Below are positions 59,401 to 64,000 of a stretch of 64,000 nt of DNA, piece after piece. This DNA is from Eledone cirrhosa. Lineage: Eukaryota. The notes beneath the pieces were generated by a model. It did no database searches. It worked only from the letters and a program-made list of their open reading frames with translations, and was not told the origin of the DNA. The position numbers and the translations under genes were made by a program. The stretch's first letter is position 1. Each line of letters starts with the position of its first letter. The stretch spans positions 332,692,001 through 332,756,000 of the forward strand of contig OZ024742.1 in assembly GCA_964016885.1 (NCBI GenBank), in the 5' to 3' direction.

Positions 59401-62400
59401 CAACAACTTTCTCTTATGACCTCTGTTACTACCACCAATCTCTCTTATCATCACTGTTAATACTACGACTCTCTCTTATCAACACTGTTATCACAACAAC
59501 TCTCTCCTATCACCACTGTTAGTACCACGACTCTCTCTTATCACCACTTTTATCACAACTGTTAATCCCACGACTCTCTCGTATCACCACTGTTTTCACA
59601 ACAACTCTCTCTCATCACCACTATTACTAACACGACTCTCTCCTATCAACACTGTCATCACAACAACTCTCTATTATTACCACTGTTACAACCACGACTC
59701 TCTTATCACCACTATTATCGCAACAACACTCTCTTATCACCACTGTTATCACAACAACTCTCTCTTATCACCAGTATTATCACACCAACTCTCTCTTATC
59801 ACCAATGTTATCACAACTCTCTCTTATCACCACTGTTATCACAACGACTCTCTCTTATCACCAGTATTATCACAACAACTCTCTCTTATCACCAATGTTA
59901 TCACAACTCTCTCTTATCACCACTGTTGTCACAACAACTCTCTCTTATAACCACTGTTACTACCACGACTTTCTCTTATCACCACTGTTACTACCACGAC
60001 TCTCTCTTATCACCACTCTTACTACCACGACTCTCTCTTATCACCACTGTTACTACTACGACAATCTCTTATCACCATTGTTACTACCACCACACTATGT
60101 TATCACCACTCTTACTACCACGGCTTTCTCTTATCACCACTGTTTTCACAACAGCTCTCTCTCTTATCACCACTGTTACTACCACGACTCTCTCTTATCA
60201 ACACTGTTATTACTACGACTCTCGCTTATCACCACTGGTATGACAACTCTCTCTTATCGCCACCTTTACTACCACGGCTCTCACTCATCACTACTGTTAC
60301 TAACACGACTCTCACTTAACACCACTGTTACTTCAAAGACTCTCTCTTATCACCACTGTTTTCACAACAACTCTCTCTCTTATCACCACTGTTACTACCA
60401 CGACTCTCTCTTATCACCACTGTTATCACAACAACTCTCTCCTATCACCATTGCTAATACCACGACTCTCTGTTATCACCACTGTTAGTACCACGTCTCT
60501 CTCTTATCACCACTCTTACCACAACAACTCTCTCTTATGACCACTGTTACTACCACGACTCTCTTTTATCAGCACTATTATCTCAACACTCTCTCTTATC
60601 AACACTGTTATCACAAAAAACTCTCTCTTATCACCACTTTTACTACCACGACTCTCTCTTATCACCACTGATACTACTACGACTCTCTCCTATTAGCACT
60701 GTTATCACAACAACTCTCTCTTATCACCAATGTTACTAACATGACTCTCCATTATCACCACTGTCAATACCACGACTCTCTCTTATCACCACTGTTATCA
60801 AAACAACTGTCTCTTATCAACACTGCTATCAAAACAACTCTCTCTTATCACCACTGTTACTAACACCACTCACTTTTATCACCACAGTTACTAACACAAT
60901 TCACTCTTATCACCAATGTTACTACCACGATTCTCGCTTATCACCACTGTTATTACAACAACTCTCTCTTATCACCACAGTTACTACCACGACTCTCTCT
61001 CATCACCACTGTTACTACTACGACTCTCACCTATTAACACTGTTATCACAACAACCTTCTCTTATCATCTCTGTTAACACAACTCTCTCTTGTCAACACT
61101 TTTATTACAAAAACTATCTCTTATCACCACTGTTATCACAACAACTCTCTCTTATCACCACTGTTACTAACACAACTCTCTTTCATCACCACTGTTTCTA
61201 CCACAGCTCTCTCTTATCACCACGACTCTCAGTTACAACTCTCAGTTACGACTCTCAGTTACAACCACTGTTACTACCACCACTCTCTTATCACCACTGT
61301 TATCGCGACAACTCTCTCTTATCACCACTGTTATCACAACAATTTTCTCTTATCACCACAGTTACTACCACGACTCTCTCTTATCACCACTGTTAGCACA
61401 ACAACCCTCTCTTATCACCACTGCTATCAGAACAACTCTCACTTATCACCACTATTACTACAACGACTCTCTCTTATCACCACTGTTATCACAACACCTC
61501 TCTCTTATCACCACTTTAATCACTACAACTCTCTCTTATCACCACTGTTACTACCACGACTCTCTTATCACCACTGTTATCACAACAAGTCTCACTTATC
61601 ACCACAGTTATCAAAACAACTCTCTCTCATCACCACTGTTATCACTACAACTCTCTCTTATCACTACTGTTACTACCACGACTCTTTCTTATCACGACTT
61701 TTATCACAACAACTTTTTCTTATCACCACTGTTACTACCACGACTCCTTCTGATCACGACTGTTATCACAACAACCTTCTCTTATGACCACTGTTACTAC
61801 CACCAATCTCTCTTATCACCACTGTTACTCCCACGACTCTCTCTTATCACCAATGTTATCACAACAACTCTCTCTTATCACCACTGTTACTACCACGGCT
61901 CTCTCTTATCACCACTGTTATCACAACAACTCTCGCTTATCACCACTGTTACTAGCAGGACTCTCTCTTATCACAACTGTTACTACCACGACTCTCTCTT
62001 ATCACCACAGTTACTACCACAATTCTCACTTATCACCAGTGTTACGACCACGACTCTCTCAAATCACCACTGTTATCACATCAACTCTCTCTTAACACCA
62101 CTGTTACTACCACGACTCTCTCTTATCACTACTGTTATCACAACAACTCTCTCTTATCACCACTTTTACTACCACGACTCTCTCTTATCACCACTCTTAT
62201 ACCAACAACTCTCTCTTATCAACACAACTCTCTCTTATCACCACTTTTACTACCACGACTCTCTCTTATCACCACTGTTACTACTACGACTCTCTCCTAT
62301 TAGCACTCTTATCACAACAACTCTCTCTTATCACCGATGTTACTAACATGACTCTCCATTATCAATACCACGACTCTCTCTTATCACCACTGTTACTACC

Positions 62401-64000
62401 ACGACACTCTTATCACGACTATTATCACAACAACTCTCTCTTATCACCACTGTTACTACCACGGCTCTCTCTTATCACCACTGTTCTCACAACAACTCTC
62501 GCTTATCACCACTGTTACTAACATGACTCTCTCTTTTCACCACTGTTTTCGCCATAACTCTCTCTTATCACAATTGTTATCACAAAAACTCTCTCTTATT
62601 ACCACGGTTACTACCACGACTCTCTCTCTCTTCACCACTGTTACTACTACGACTCTTTCCTATTAACACTGTTACTACCACGGATCTCTCTTATCACCAC
62701 TGTTATCACAACAACTCTCTCTTATCACCACTGTTACAACCACGACCCTCTCTTATCACTACTGTTACTACTACGACTCTCTCCTATTATCACTGTTATC
62801 ACAAAAACTCTCTCTTATCACCAATGTTACTAAAACGACTCTCTCTTGTCACCACTGTTATCACAATAACTCTCTCTTATTACCACTGTTACTACCACGA
62901 CTCTCTTTTATCACCACTGTTATCTCAACACTCTCTCTTATCAACACTGTTATCACAAAAACTCTCTCTTATCACCACTGTTACTAACACGACTGTCTCT
63001 TATCACCAATATTACTACCATGACTCTCTCTTATGACCACTGTTACTACCATGACTCCCTCTTATCACCACTGTTATCACAACTCTCTCTTATCACCACT
63101 GTTAATAACACGACCCTGCCTGATCACTAATGTTACTACCACGACTCTCTATTATCACCACTGAAATCACAACAACTCTCTCCCATCACCATTGTTTTTA
63201 CAACGACTCTCTCTTATTACCACTGTTTTCACAACAACCCTCTCTTATGACCACTGTTACTACCACCGATCTCTCTTATCACCACTGTTACTCCCACGAC
63301 TCTCTCTTATCACCAATGTTATCACAACAACTTTCTCTTATCACCACTGTTACTACCACGGCTCTCTCTTATCACCACTGTTATCACAACAACTCTCTCT
63401 TATCACCACTGTTACTACCACGACTCTCCCTTATCACTACTGTTACTACTACGACTCTCTCCTATTACCACTGTTATCACAAAAACTCTCTCTTATCACC
63501 AATGTTACTACCACGACTCTCTCTTATCACCACTGTTAATAACACATCCCTCCCTAATCACTAATGTTACTACCACGACTCTCTCTTATCACCACTGTTA
63601 TCACAACAACTCTCTCTTATCACCACTGTTACTACCACGGCTCTCTTTTATCACCACTGTTATCACAACAGTCTCTCTTATCAACACTATTATCACAACA
63701 ACTCATTCTTATCACCACTGTTACTACCACGACTCTCTCTTATCACCACTGTTATCACAACAACTCTCTCCTATCACCATTGCTAATACCACGACTCTCT
63801 GTTATCACCACTGTTAGTACCACGTCTCTCTCTTATCACCACTCTTACCACAACAACACTCTCTTATCACCACTGTTATCACAACAACTCTCTCTTATGA
63901 CCACTGTTACTACCACGACTCTCTTTTATCAGCACTATTATCTCAACACTCTCTCTTATCAACACTGTTATCACAAAAAACTCTCTCTTATCACCACTTT
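26330..64000 (+). repeat. Domain built on a ~3.3-kb higher-order repeat (about 107 monomers), re-duplicated at offsets of 7,879, 9,972 and 11,223/11,316 bp
   Basis: The marker block TCCTTCTGATCACG...AGCAGGACTC...CAGTGTTACGACC occurs 8 times (ORF starts 26654, 29982, 37261, 40589, 45140, 48468, 51812, 61784; adjacent spacings 3328, 3328, 3328, 3344). Larger offsets: 37261->45140, 43634->54950, 52852->62824. Confidence 0.88.
61225..61263 (+). repeat. 13-bp unit ACTCTCAGTTAC(A/G) x3 embedded in one higher-order copy
   Basis: ACTCTCAGTTACA ACTCTCAGTTACG ACTCTCAGTTACA. Sister copies (e.g. about 29450, 40067, 43308, 47935, 51280, 54625) have a single unit. Confidence 0.93.

Larger units (their letters stand above)
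4348..64000 (+). repeat. 31-bp tandem satellite DNA array, at least 59.6 kb, open at the right window edge
   Basis: Continuous same-orientation copies of TTATCACCACTG-TTACTACCACGA-CTCTCTC (A) and TTATCACCACTG-TTATCACAACAA-CTCTCTC (B), with scattered substitutions and occasional 28-33 bp monomers. 59,653/31 is about 1,924 units. The + strand has only 1-2 G per monomer. Confidence 0.99.

Noticed and set aside
4348-64000. Over 100 + strand ORFs (up to 403 aa) resembling mucin-like or His/Cys metal-binding repeat proteins
   Set aside because: All three frames give the same permuted peptide, overlapping ORFs are equivalent, many use TTG/GTG starts, stops and frameshifting indels are scattered freely, and there is no unique N- or C-terminal domain.
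4348-64000. CRISPR-like array (repeat length about 31 bp)
   Set aside because: Monomers are contiguous with no unique spacers, the variable part is only two alternative 8-mers, and there are no cas genes; the context is eukaryotic.
4348-64000. Telomeric or telomerase-made repeat, suggested by the extreme C/G strand skew
   Set aside because: The G-rich strand runs 5'->3' towards the unique flank, opposite to a telomere lying to the right. There are no GGG tracts, and point variants are inherited in multi-kb blocks, which indicates recombinational amplification rather than templated addition.

Overview
Eukaryotic (probably invertebrate animal) non-coding DNA at the edge of a large satellite array; there are no prokaryotic-type genes, CRISPR arrays or intact transposase ORFs. 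Bases 1-4347 form an AT-rich flank full of small repeats: (TA)n/(TC)n/(CA)n microsatellites, three copies of a tRNA-derived SINE, a second tRNA-like Pol III unit, hAT-like DNA transposon ends (13-bp TIR CAGTGGCGGACTG), two MITE-like fold-backs, a perfect 344-bp palindrome, and two weak candidate exons. From 4348 to the window end is one uninterrupted head-to-tail 31-bp satellite (about 1,930 monomers by length). It mixes two monomer types, A = TTATCACCACTG TTACTACCACGA CTCTCTC and B = TTATCACCACTG TTATCACAACAA CTCTCTC, and is organised as nested duplications of 0.65, 1.9, about 3.3, about 6.9, 7.9, 10.0, 10.6 and 11.3 kb. The many His/Thr/Leu/Ser-rich + strand ORFs are a by-product of a stop-free consensus, not genes. 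I found no convincing novel protein-coding system. The most interesting signals are structural. All alignments and counts were done by eye or from ORF-track offsets, so treat them as approximate.
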